NCBI GenBank assembly: GCA_947166105.1
Contig: CAMVCZ010000010.1
Location: forward strand, 3,037-67,036
Direction of reading: 5' to 3'
DNA from: an uncultured Bacteroidales bacterium
GTDB lineage: Bacteria; Bacteroidota; Bacteroidia; Bacteroidales; F082
Length of the DNA stretch: 64,000 nt
Part shown: piece by piece, positions 46,367-55,759 of the stretch
How positions within the stretch are numbered: position 1 is the first letter of the stretch
Layout of the letters: each line of letters starts with the position of its first letter
Translations under genes and position numbers: made by a program
Notes under the pieces: generated by a model
Databases searched by the model: none
Told to the model about the DNA's origin: nothing
What the model saw: the letters and a program-made list of their open reading frames with translations, nothing else

Positions 46367-46374
46367 CAAAGATA
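46367..46374 (-). promoter_or_regulatory. -7 promoter box (TATCTTTG) heading the extended Hxs operon
   Basis: The reverse complement of caaagata, 30 nt upstream of ATG 46336. Confidence 0.45.
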
Positions 46375-46440
46375 CACATTCTTTTTCACAAAAAAAACTC
46401 AATCCACAAACCCAAGCCTCCAAATCGGGATGGGGAACAA

Positions 46441-47985
46441 TCAGCCGATGCACCAACCCTCAATCCGTCTCGTCTTAGACGAGAAATTGACTCCTATCTT
46501 AAACAGTTTCCGGCTGTCATTGGCAAACGGCTTGGCATATTGCTTCTCCTCTATTTGCGCAAGGGCTTCGTCGGCTGATTTGTCAATCTTGAACTCAAAG
46601 ATGTAAATATAGTCCTTGGTTTGCACAACCATATCCATACGCCCGTCGGAAGTGTGACGTTCCACATCCACATAAAAACCGACCATCTTGAAGACGACAT
46701 ACGCCACATTGTGGAAATAGAGTTCGGCATCGCCCGCAACCTTATAGTTCTGGTCGGCAAAGAATGTTTCCAAACGCTTCATAAATGCTTCGGGCCTACC
46801 ATCCCAAACTTCCGTAACAAACCCCTTGACAAAAGAAGCGGACTGCTCGGGACGGATGGGCGCATAGTGATAAAACAGGAATTTCACGAATCCTCGCTCC
46901 ACCTCGCCATTTGGGAAGCCCAACAGGTAATTGTCGAATTGAGGATCATAACTCTTGATGGTGAGATACCCGCTCTGATACATCAGAGGCAGCGGATTGG
47001 TAGCCATCGAATCGAGGCTGCCCAAAAGGTCGCTTGTGACCTCCTCGCGGGTCAGGTTCTCCAACTCATAATTGGTGCGTTTCAGCGTTTCCACGAGAAT
47101 GGTTGGAGTGCCAGTCTCAAACCAATAGTCCTTGAAACGCTTCACACTGAGCGCATTCAAAAGGCTGAAAGGATTGTAAACGCCCACCGATTCTTCGCTG
47201 AAATGGTAGCCATCATAATTCTCTTTCAACTTGGCGTAACATTCTTCTTTGGTCAACCGATTGGCTTCGGCCATCTCTTGGACTTGTGCGTCAAGGTTCT
47301 CGTGGATTTCCTTTTCAGTAATGCCGCAGATTTCGGAAAAGCGATAATCCAAGGTGATGTCGGCCAAATTGTTCAAGTCGCTGAAAATGCTCACTTTAGA
47401 GAATTTGGTCACACCCGTAAAGAAAGCAAACCGTATCTTTGAATCCATCGTCTTGATTACGGAATAAAACGATTTCAGTTTCCGGCGATAACTGTTTTGG
47501 AGTTCGGCATTGTCGGCCACCTGAAGCAAAGGCTTGTCGTATTCGTCCACGAGGATGACGACGGGCTTTCCCGTCTTTTCCACCGCCAAGTCAATCACAT
47601 GCTGGAAACGCTCCTCCGGCTCACGACCCTTGAACTCGTCGCCATAGTCCTTTTCCCAATATTCCAGGTGCTTGTTGAGTTCGGCAATGAGTGAACTTAT
47701 ATCCACATAATCGCGTGCATTGAAGTCCATACGAAACACAGGATAGGTCGTCCAATCCTTTTCCAATGTTTCCATAGCCAAACCCTTGAAGAGTTCTTTC
47801 TTCCCAAGGAAATAGGCTTCCATCGTGGTAAGCAACAAACTCTTGCCGAACCTGCGCGGGCGGCTTAGGAAGTAAAAGCCGCCATTCCACACCAATTGAT
47901 GGACAAGAGCGGTTTTGTCCAAATAGAGAAAGCCATCTTCTCTGATTTTTTCAAAAGTCTGTATGCCAATTGGATACTTTACCAT
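46441..47985 (-). CDS. AAA-ATPase-like + PD-(D/E)XK (PDDEXK_9-like) protein, paralog 2
   Basis: YPIGIQTFEKIREDGFLYLDKT, YFLSRPRRFGKSL, VILVDEYDKPLLQ, and a C-terminal DGRMDMVVQTKDYIYIFEFKIDKSADEAL. Confidence 0.75.
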   Translation of the reverse strand: MVKYPIGIQTFEKIREDGFLYLDKTALVHQLVWNGGFYFLSRPRRFGKSLLLTTMEAYFLGKKELFKGLAMETLEKDWTTYPVFRMDFNARDYVDISSLIAELNKHLEYWEKDYGDEFKGREPEERFQHVIDLAVEKTGKPVVILVDEYDKPLLQVADNAELQNSYRRKLKSFYSVIKTMDSKIRFAFFTGVTKFSKVSIFSDLNNLADITLDYRFSEICGITEKEIHENLDAQVQEMAEANRLTKEECYAKLKENYDGYHFSEESVGVYNPFSLLNALSVKRFKDYWFETGTPTILVETLKRTNYELENLTREEVTSDLLGSLDSMATNPLPLMYQSGYLTIKSYDPQFDNYLLGFPNGEVERGFVKFLFYHYAPIRPEQSASFVKGFVTEVWDGRPEAFMKRLETFFADQNYKVAGDAELYFHNVAYVVFKMVGFYVDVERHTSDGRMDMVVQTKDYIYIFEFKIDKSADEALAQIEEKQYAKPFANDSRKLFKIGVNFSSKTRRIEGWCIG

Positions 47986-48012
47986 AGCAATAGTTTTTCA
48001 GGATTCTGACGG

Positions 48013-48020
48013 CAAAGGTA
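48013..48020 (-). promoter_or_regulatory. -7 promoter box (TACCTTTG) for paralog 2
   Basis: The reverse complement of caaaggta, 27 nt upstream of ATG 47985. Confidence 0.4.
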
Positions 48021-48082
48021 AACAAAAAATCGCAAAACCAACATTTTTCCCACCCCGAAACGGAAGTTTCCGCGAAAACCAC

Positions 48083-48090
48083 TACCTTTG
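48083..48090 (+). promoter_or_regulatory. -7 promoter box (TACCTTTG) for the large SNF2 gene
   Basis: Exact TAnnTTTG match, 41 nt upstream of ATG 48132 and divergent from the paralog-2 promoter. Confidence 0.4.
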
Positions 48091-48131
48091 CCGACCAACT
48101 TTGGCAACGCCATTCCCCAACATCAAACGAA

Positions 48132-51100
48132 ATGAGCAACTTGGAAAAACTTCTGCCCTTGCCGGGAAAACTCAACGACGATGAATTCTTTATCCTCGGC
48201 CTCATCACCTACCTCGACTCCGGCCTTCAGGATAGCACGATGGACTATATTTGCAGGCAACGCGGCATACCAAAAATGCAGATTCGTGACATCACGAAAA
48301 AACTTAACCACCTCGGCCTCATTTCGTTAGGTTCGCGTTATTGGAATCCTTTCGGAAATACCTACCCGCAACACTACTTCGCTGTCGCCCTGCGGCTTTT
48401 GGAGAGCCATCCCGAATGGGTTAAATATCTCGAAAGCCTTCGCACCCAGCCATCAGGAATCTATGATTTCCTTTGGCGCATCGCCAAGGCCATCCATACC
48501 CAAGACCCAAAAATCATCTCCAACATACGCCTGTTTCCTGATTGGACACGAAGCCCCCTTCCCTATTTGGAGCCGCTTTTCGGCCACAAGGAGTTCCTTC
48601 CCGCCTATGCGAGCCTCGATCCACAGCAGATGGAGCAACTGCTTCACGACCGACTTGACAATATGCTCCTCCACGAGGCTTGGGACGAAAAACAATTGGG
48701 CGACCTGCAAGACATCATTGAGTATTATGGTTATTTGGAACCTAAATCAAAAGACGGTCTTTCAGACCTTTTGACAGCATACCAATTCCTTTTTGAAGGC
48801 ACAAAACCCGTTTGGAAATCCAATGAGCCGAGTTATTTGACGCTGTGCATCGATGCCATCCAATCGGTTTATCGCGGCGATTTGGACGCTGCCGGAAAGC
48901 AATTTGAAACCTCGCTGAAACTGCGCAACAAGACCGCCGAAAACAAGAACCTGTACGAGAATCCCTTGCTCGACTTCTTCCTCATCCTCTATTATGCCAA
49001 GGCCAACACACCCGCTACCCTCAAGAAAGCCAACCAGTTCTTCAACAAGAATGTGACCGGCGGCGCCGACCATTATCCTTGCCGCATCATCATCAGCCAA
49101 ATCATCAATGCGGAAGACGACAAACGGCTCAAAAGCGATATTGAACACAGTCTTTCATCGTACCGTGCGCTCACCATTTCGAGGCATCTTGCCGCGCTGC
49201 TCTCCCAATATTTCGGCTTGGCCGATGTGGTCAAGCAAGGCCTTTTCAAAACCTCTACCGACCCTAAATGCGCCTTGCTGCGCCACGAGCTTTCTCCGTA
49301 TTATGAAACCGCTGACCGCCAAGAACTTGAGGAACGTTTCGGCGGCAAGCCCATCTTGTTTTCAATCCATAGGAAAGAGCATTGGGAAAGCGTAATCGAG
49401 AACTTGGCCGCACAAGTTGCCGTTTCCAAAAAGAGCATCGACCAACCCGTCCAAAGCGACAAGCGAATCATCTATATCATAAGCGATTACGAGTCGATTG
49501 AGCCGATGGAGCAACGCCGGCTGAAAAGCGGCGCTTGGAGTGTCGGAACGCACTTATCGACAGACAAGTTTATGCGTCAGGAATTGGATAGTATGGACGA
49601 AACCGACAAGAAAACTGCCGCCGCCTCGCGCTCCTACAGTTATTATTCCATCTACGGACGCTACGCCATTCCGCAACTCATCGGCTCCGACCGCGTGTTC
49701 ATCAACAGCACAAAAGGCCGACAACCCGTGGAAATCGTCGAAGAAAAGCCCTTCATCGCCATCGAGAAAGCGAAAAACGGCTTCGTGGTCAAGACCAATG
49801 TGCCCGAAAAAGACGAATTCTACCGCGAAAAAGCAAGTCCGACCATCATCCGCCGCGACAGCAAGACCCACTTCACCGTGTTCAAACTCACCGATTTCGA
49901 GCAGAAAATCATCGAAACACTAATCGGATTGGGTATGTTTCCCAAACAAGCCGAAACCAAACTGCTCCAGTTCATCGAGCAGATTTCCGACAAGGTCGAA
50001 ATCCACTCCGATTTGTTGGAAGGCGGCTCCACCTTGCAGAAAAAGGAAGGCCTTTCGCGCCTGCTTTTGCGCGTCGTTCCCGACAAAGAGACTTTTTTGG
50101 CAAGCATCCTCGCCAATCCGCTCGAAGGCGGCAAACTCCGCCTAATGCCCGGAATGGGACAGGAAACCGTGTTCGACGAAGCCAACGGCGAGCGTTTCCA
50201 AGTGTCGCGCAACCTTGTGGCCGAAAAAGACAACCTTATGGAAATCAAAGGGTTTATGCAAGAGGAATTGCTCACTTCGGTTTCAGTGAACCAAGCCGAA
50301 ATGGAGCCGGAAAGCCTGCTCGGACTGCTCGAATTCGTGAGCGACCATTCCGACCGTTACGAAATGGAGTGGCCCGAAGGCAAAAAGCTGAACCTGAAGG
50401 CAAAGTTGAGCAAAGATTTGGTCAACATCAACCTTGTTTCGAAGGAAAACTGGTTTGAGGTGGAAGGCAACATCACGATTGGAGGCAACAATATGTCGGC
50501 CCTCGATTTCCTCAACCTGATTTCGCAGGGCATCTACCACGAGCGTTTCGTCAAGCTGAACGAGACCGACTACATCGCCATCAGCGAGCAGTTGGCCAAA
50601 TACCTGCGCCGATTGGAGGGCCTTGCCCAGCAAAGCCACGGCAAGGTGCGCATCCCCTTCTATCAGGTGGGAGCCTTGGCCGAAATCGTTCACAACACCG
50701 ACGGCAGCCTCAAAGCCGACAAGGGTATGGACACCCTCGTCAAGAAAATCGAAAAAGCCGCCAAGATGAAAATCGCCATCCCGAGCGCATTGCAAGCCGA
50801 ACTGCGTGACTATCAGCGCGAAGGCTTCAAGTGGATGGTGAGGCTTTCGGAATGGGGAGCAGGTGCCTGCCTCGCCGACGATATGGGCTTGGGCAAGACC
50901 GTGCAGACCATCGCCTTCTTGCTCCACAAGGCCGCCAAAGGACCTTCGTTGGTAGTTTGTCCGGCCTCCGTTATGCTCAATTGGGCCAACGAATTGAACC
51001 GTTTTGCACCCTCATTGGAAGTCAAGATCCTTAACGAATCTTCCGACCGCGACGCCCTTCTCGACAACGCCAAAGCCTACGACGTGGTACTCACCACCTA

Positions 51101-52169
51101 CGGGTTGCTTGTCCGCGAGGAGGAAGCCCTCACCAAGCTCCAATGGAACATCGTCTGCTTAGACGAAGCCCACACCATCAAGAACCGAGGCACGAAAATG
51201 TCGTCGTCAGCGATGAAACTCAAGGCCGAAAGCCGCGTCATCCTCACGGGCACGCCCATCCAGAACTACCTCTCTGAACTTTGGAACTTGTTCCAGTTCC
51301 TCAATCCGGGGCTGCTCGGCACCTTCGACAGTTTCATGAACAAATACATCCTCCCCATCGAGCGGGACGGCGTGGAAGAACGCCGCTCGCAACTCAAGCG
51401 GATGATTACGCCTTTTATGCTGCGTCGCACCAAGGCCGAAGTCATCGAAGAACTGCCCGAAAAGACCGAAATCACCCACGACATCCAACTGACCGATGCC
51501 GAAATCACCGCCTACGAAACCCTTCGCGAAGCCACCGAACAAGCCTTGCAATCGGAGGACAAGGTGGATGTGAACATTTTGGCCCAAATCACCAAACTGC
51601 GACAAGCCGCCTGCTCCATCGGCCTCATCGAAAAAGGCTGGAAAATGGGTTCGACGAAAATCGCCGCCGCCGTGGATTTGGTGGAGGAAATCGTCAAGTC
51701 GAAAAACAGCGTGTTGGTTTTCAGCCAGTTCACCTCATTTCTCGATATGGCCAAAACCCAAATCGAGGCGCGTATCGGCAAGGACAAGATTTTCTATTTG
51801 GACGGTTCCACGCCCATCCGCAAGCGCGAGAAGATGGTGGCCGACTTCCAGCACGGCTTGGTGCCCGTGTTCCTCATCAGCCTGAAAGCCGGCGGATTGG
51901 GCCTCAACCTGACCAACGCCAACTACGTCATCCACTTGGACCCGTGGTGGAATCCCGCCATCGAGCAGCAAGCCACCGACCGTGCCTACCGCATCGGGCA
52001 AAACAAGAACGTTACTGTGTATCACCTGATTTCGCGCCACACTATTGAGGAGAAAATCCTGCGCCTCCACAAAACCAAACGCGATTTGGCCGACTCGCTC
52101 CTTTCGGGCAGCAACATCAGCCGCGCTATGACCATTGACGACTTGAAGTTTTTGGTGGGACAAAACTAA
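48132..52169 (+). CDS. SNF2-family helicase with ~850-aa uncharacterised N-terminal extension
   Basis: The C-terminal third carries LADDMGLGKTVQTIAF (I), LDEAHTIKN (II), LTGTPIQN (III), VFSQFTSFLD, and GGLGLNLTNANYVIHLDPWWNPAIEQQATDRAYRIGQ (V-VI). Confidence 0.85.
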   Translation: MSNLEKLLPLPGKLNDDEFFILGLITYLDSGLQDSTMDYICRQRGIPKMQIRDITKKLNHLGLISLGSRYWNPFGNTYPQHYFAVALRLLESHPEWVKYLESLRTQPSGIYDFLWRIAKAIHTQDPKIISNIRLFPDWTRSPLPYLEPLFGHKEFLPAYASLDPQQMEQLLHDRLDNMLLHEAWDEKQLGDLQDIIEYYGYLEPKSKDGLSDLLTAYQFLFEGTKPVWKSNEPSYLTLCIDAIQSVYRGDLDAAGKQFETSLKLRNKTAENKNLYENPLLDFFLILYYAKANTPATLKKANQFFNKNVTGGADHYPCRIIISQIINAEDDKRLKSDIEHSLSSYRALTISRHLAALLSQYFGLADVVKQGLFKTSTDPKCALLRHELSPYYETADRQELEERFGGKPILFSIHRKEHWESVIENLAAQVAVSKKSIDQPVQSDKRIIYIISDYESIEPMEQRRLKSGAWSVGTHLSTDKFMRQELDSMDETDKKTAAASRSYSYYSIYGRYAIPQLIGSDRVFINSTKGRQPVEIVEEKPFIAIEKAKNGFVVKTNVPEKDEFYREKASPTIIRRDSKTHFTVFKLTDFEQKIIETLIGLGMFPKQAETKLLQFIEQISDKVEIHSDLLEGGSTLQKKEGLSRLLLRVVPDKETFLASILANPLEGGKLRLMPGMGQETVFDEANGERFQVSRNLVAEKDNLMEIKGFMQEELLTSVSVNQAEMEPESLLGLLEFVSDHSDRYEMEWPEGKKLNLKAKLSKDLVNINLVSKENWFEVEGNITIGGNNMSALDFLNLISQGIYHERFVKLNETDYIAISEQLAKYLRRLEGLAQQSHGKVRIPFYQVGALAEIVHNTDGSLKADKGMDTLVKKIEKAAKMKIAIPSALQAELRDYQREGFKWMVRLSEWGAGACLADDMGLGKTVQTIAFLLHKAAKGPSLVVCPASVMLNWANELNRFAPSLEVKILNESSDRDALLDNAKAYDVVLTTYGLLVREEEALTKLQWNIVCLDEAHTIKNRGTKMSSSAMKLKAESRVILTGTPIQNYLSELWNLFQFLNPGLLGTFDSFMNKYILPIERDGVEERRSQLKRMITPFMLRRTKAEVIEELPEKTEITHDIQLTDAEITAYETLREATEQALQSEDKVDVNILAQITKLRQAACSIGLIEKGWKMGSTKIAAAVDLVEEIVKSKNSVLVFSQFTSFLDMAKTQIEARIGKDKIFYLDGSTPIRKREKMVADFQHGLVPVFLISLKAGGLGLNLTNANYVIHLDPWWNPAIEQQATDRAYRIGQNKNVTVYHLISRHTIEEKILRLHKTKRDLADSLLSGSNISRAMTIDDLKFLVGQN

Positions 52170-52170
52170 A

Positions 52171-53994
52171 TCACTCCGCAAACATCCCGTCAATCAGGTC
52201 TTTATAATGTTCGGCTATGGCTTTGCGGCGGATTTTCAGGCTGGGGGTCATTTCGCCGTCGTCGATGGTCCACTCATGGTCGAGCAACTCGAAACGTTTC
52301 ACTTTCTCGTAGTCGCCGAAGAACTTGTTGTAACTATCGACTTCCTTGCGGAAACGGTCGTTAACTGCCTTAACCTTAATCATTTCCGTATTTGTAGTAT
52401 AAGGAATGTGGTTTTCCTCGCACCAAGTCTTAAGATGCTCGAAGTTGGGCACAATCAAGGCGGCAGCAAACTTCTGGTTTTCACCTACCACCATAATGCT
52501 GTTGATGAATGGCGATTCTGTAAACTTCCCTTCAATCAGAGCAGGCGAAATGTACTTGCCCATTGAGTCCTTGAAAATCTCTTTCATACGCCCCGTAATC
52601 TTCAGCAAGCCGTCCTCGTCAAACTCGCCGATATCGCCCGTGTGGAAATACCCCTCCTCGTCGATGGCGATTTTGGTTTGTTCCTCGTCCTTGTAGTAGC
52701 CTTTCATCACGCTGGAACCTTTCACCAAAATCTCACCCGTTTCCGAATCAATCTTGAAGGTCACGTTTTCGCAAGGCACGCCCACTGTTCCCGCCTTGAT
52801 GACACCCAAAGCGAGGCTGTTGGTGGCAATCACTGGCGAAGTTTCAGTGAGGCCATAGCCTTCGATGATTGGGATGTCCATAGCGGCAAACAAACGCACC
52901 AAACGAGGCTGCAAACTGGCACCTCCTGAAATAATAAACTCCAAGCGTCCACCAAAGGCTTTTCTTACTTCATTGAAAACCAATCTATTAGCCAAATACA
53001 ATTTGAATCGATAGGCTCGTTGGGGTTTCTTTTCCGTTTCATCATAGCGTTCAGCCAGCTTGAAAGCCCAAAGGAAAATGCGTTTCTTCACGCCTGTCAG
53101 TTTATCCCCCTTGCGCATAAAGCCATTATACACTTTCTCGACAATACGAGGCACCGTTGTGAAATGCTCAGGCTTCACGTCGGCAATGTCGCGCATAATG
53201 GTACCAAAATTCTCCACATAATAGGTGGAATTGCCGAGATAAAGATGGGTGAATAGCACCGAGCGCTCATAAATATGCGACAAAGGCAAGAAACTCACCA
53301 CTTTATGCGAACTTGGCACGGGATAATGCGGGCCGTAGTGTGCCACGCAACTCATCAAATTATTATGCGTCAGCATCACGCCCTTTGGAGTGCCCAAAGT
53401 GCCTGAAGTATAGATAATTGTGGCCACATCTTCAGGGTTGACGGCATCCTTATGGGCTTGCAAGGCAGTTTGGCTCTTCTTGTCGATTTTGACGGAAACC
53501 ATCAGTCCGCGCAAGGTCATCATTCCTTCCACGGGATTGAAAGCGAACTCTTTAGGCCGCTCAGGCATCTGGTCAAGGATGCTCTTCACCTTCTTATGAA
53601 TAAGGGAGCCTTCCACGAAAACCACCTTGGGGGCGGCATGGTTGAGAATGTGCTCGTAGTCGGTTTGGCGTGCCGTGGGATAGACGGGAACCAAAATGGC
53701 ACCAATCTGCTGAACGGCGAAATCCACCATGTTCCATTGCGGGCAGTTGTTGGAAATCAATGCAATACGATCACCTTTGCCCACACCAAGACCTATCAGA
53801 CCTTGGCTGATGACATCCGTCATTTTCACGAAGTCGCGACCGATGTATTTCTTCCACTCCCCTTCCACTTTGCAGGCAAACATCACCTTCTTCTTGCCGA
53901 ATTTCTCCACAAATCGCGGCAGCAGGTCGAAAGTGCGAGGCGGAATGTCAGGAAAAGCCTGAACCTTTTTTCCTTTGATTGCGTATTTTTCCAT
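52171..53994 (-). CDS. long-chain acyl-CoA ligase (AMP-dependent synthetase family)
   Basis: AMP-binding motif IIYTSGTLGTPKGVMLTHNN, plus GYGLTETSP and TGDIGEFDEDG. 607 aa. Confidence 0.85.
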   Translation of the reverse strand: MEKYAIKGKKVQAFPDIPPRTFDLLPRFVEKFGKKKVMFACKVEGEWKKYIGRDFVKMTDVISQGLIGLGVGKGDRIALISNNCPQWNMVDFAVQQIGAILVPVYPTARQTDYEHILNHAAPKVVFVEGSLIHKKVKSILDQMPERPKEFAFNPVEGMMTLRGLMVSVKIDKKSQTALQAHKDAVNPEDVATIIYTSGTLGTPKGVMLTHNNLMSCVAHYGPHYPVPSSHKVVSFLPLSHIYERSVLFTHLYLGNSTYYVENFGTIMRDIADVKPEHFTTVPRIVEKVYNGFMRKGDKLTGVKKRIFLWAFKLAERYDETEKKPQRAYRFKLYLANRLVFNEVRKAFGGRLEFIISGGASLQPRLVRLFAAMDIPIIEGYGLTETSPVIATNSLALGVIKAGTVGVPCENVTFKIDSETGEILVKGSSVMKGYYKDEEQTKIAIDEEGYFHTGDIGEFDEDGLLKITGRMKEIFKDSMGKYISPALIEGKFTESPFINSIMVVGENQKFAAALIVPNFEHLKTWCEENHIPYTTNTEMIKVKAVNDRFRKEVDSYNKFFGDYEKVKRFELLDHEWTIDDGEMTPSLKIRRKAIAEHYKDLIDGMFAE

Positions 53995-54134
53995 AAAACC
54001 GAAAATCGGTGCGAAAATAGAGATAATTTCACTCCACCCGCCTTTTTATCCAAACGATGGGTTATTTTGAAACCAAAATAGGAGATTTTTTCAACGAAAT
54101 TGAAACGGAAGTGGCTCGTTTTTCCGAGAATGAC

Positions 54135-54142
54135 TAATTTTG
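54135..54142 (+). promoter_or_regulatory. -7 promoter box (TAATTTTG) for the PPTase gene
   Basis: Exact TAnnTTTG match, 17 nt upstream of ATG 54160. This argues against the longer ORF start at 54100. Confidence 0.4.
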
Positions 54143-54159
54143 CGCCCGATTCAATTGCT

Positions 54160-54795
54160 ATGGTGACCATTTTCGACGATATGAGCCAAGTGACCGAAGC
54201 CGAGGTGCAACGGATGCTGCCTTTGGTGGACGGGCAACGACGCAAAGAGGCCTTACGCTACAAACACCTTTTCGGGCAATTCGCCTGCCTAAGGTCGTGG
54301 CTGATGCTGCAAGAGCTGCTGAAACCATTGGGCATCAGCGACTTGGACTTCGATTTCAACGAACATGGAAAGCCGTTCCTAAAGCATCATCCTGACATCC
54401 ATTTCAACCTCAGCCATTGCAAAAACGGCATTGCCGTTGCAGTCGATTTTGCTCCTGTAGGCATTGATATTGAGAGTTTTAGGAAAGACAATCTCTCCCT
54501 TGTGCGCAAGACGATGAGCCCCACCGAGGCCGAATGGATTTATGCATCAAGCGAGCCTGTCGAGGTGTTCACGCAATATTGGACCAAGAAGGAAGCCGTA
54601 GTGAAACTGCGCGGCACTGGAATCATTGACGACCTACATCATGTGTTGGACGGCAAAGGCTACCGACTTGAAACACACCTCAATCGCGAAAAACGCTATG
54701 CTTGGAGCGTGGCATACCAAAAAACAGGAACTGCGAAGCAAAGCCCCGCAGTTCCCAACCTAACCTATAAAAAACTTACTCTTTTCATGCAATGA
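54160..54795 (+). CDS. 4'-phosphopantetheinyl transferase (Sfp-type)
   Basis: GIDIESF metal-binding motif and WTKKEAVVKLRG (W/FxxKEAxxK). Confidence 0.75.
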   Translation: MVTIFDDMSQVTEAEVQRMLPLVDGQRRKEALRYKHLFGQFACLRSWLMLQELLKPLGISDLDFDFNEHGKPFLKHHPDIHFNLSHCKNGIAVAVDFAPVGIDIESFRKDNLSLVRKTMSPTEAEWIYASSEPVEVFTQYWTKKEAVVKLRGTGIIDDLHHVLDGKGYRLETHLNREKRYAWSVAYQKTGTAKQSPAVPNLTYKKLTLFMQ

Positions 54796-55723
54796 TGCGC
54801 GTGCCGCAAGCAGCATCGCCCAACTTGGTAGCCTCGGTGATGATGGCCTCGTGACCCGTGGCTTCCACAAACAGCACAGCGGCGCGAATCTTGGGAGCCA
54901 TGCTGCCCTCGGTGAAGTGACCTTCAGCCAAATATTGCTTGGCCTCGGCCACTGTGATGGTGTCCAAAGCCTTCTCGTTTTCCTTGCGGAAATTGATGTA
55001 GACTTTCGGCACATCAGTAAGGATGTAGAACTCATCGGCACCAATCTTGATGGCAGTCATGGCGGAAGCCAAGTCCTTGTCGATGACCGCCTCAACGCCC
55101 ACATGCACGCCGTCCTTCTTGACGACCGGGATACCACCGCCACCAACGGTGATGACGATGTTGCCCTCATTAGCCAAACGCTTCACCAATTCAATATTCT
55201 GAATGTCAATCGGTTTTGGCGAGGCAACCACCTTGCGCCAGCCTTTTCCTTTCGGGTCTTCCTTGTAGACGGCACCCGTTTCGGCGGCGTATTTTTCGGC
55301 TTGCTCTTTGGTGTAATACGGTCCAACCGGCTTGGTGGGATTCTTGAACATCGGGTCGTCTTTGTCGACAAGCACCTGTGTCACGAAGGTAACCACGTTG
55401 CGGTCGATGTTTTCCTTCACCATCACCTTTTCGAGGCCCATCTCAATCATGTAGCCGATCTGGCCTTGGGTCTCGGCACCACAAACGTCCATCGGCATGG
55501 CGGGCAGCCCAAACTGCTGCAAACCAGCCTCGTTTTGGAGCAACACATTGCCCACTTGAGGGCCGTTGCCGTGGCCGATGACCAAATTATAACCCTGTTT
55601 CAGGAACGGCAGCAGCGACTGGCAAGTGTCGGCCACATTCTGCATCTGTTCCTGGCATGTACCTTTCTGACCGCTTCTCAAAAGGGCGTTTCCGCCGAAA
55701 GCGATAACAGCCAATTTCTTCAT
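54785..55723 (-). CDS. arcC: carbamate kinase
   Basis: VIAFGGNALL, VIGHGNGPQVG, and 312 aa. Confidence 0.9.
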   Translation of the reverse strand: MKKLAVIAFGGNALLRSGQKGTCQEQMQNVADTCQSLLPFLKQGYNLVIGHGNGPQVGNVLLQNEAGLQQFGLPAMPMDVCGAETQGQIGYMIEMGLEKVMVKENIDRNVVTFVTQVLVDKDDPMFKNPTKPVGPYYTKEQAEKYAAETGAVYKEDPKGKGWRKVVASPKPIDIQNIELVKRLANEGNIVITVGGGGIPVVKKDGVHVGVEAVIDKDLASAMTAIKIGADEFYILTDVPKVYINFRKENEKALDTITVAEAKQYLAEGHFTEGSMAPKIRAAVLFVEATGHEAIITEATKLGDAACGTRIIA

Positions 55724-55759
55724 TATTCGTTATTTAAGATTTAGTATATAAATTAAAAT

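Larger units (their letters stand above)
30815..46374 (-). other. putative horizontally acquired accessory/defence island (AbiE + extended TerY-P + extended Hxs operon)
   Basis: All 17 ORFs are on the minus strand. Hand counts of single 60-nt lines gave about 22% G+C at 33241 and about 37% at 44041, against about 52% at 12001. The gene content is conflict-system-like. No integrase is visible. Confidence 0.55.
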
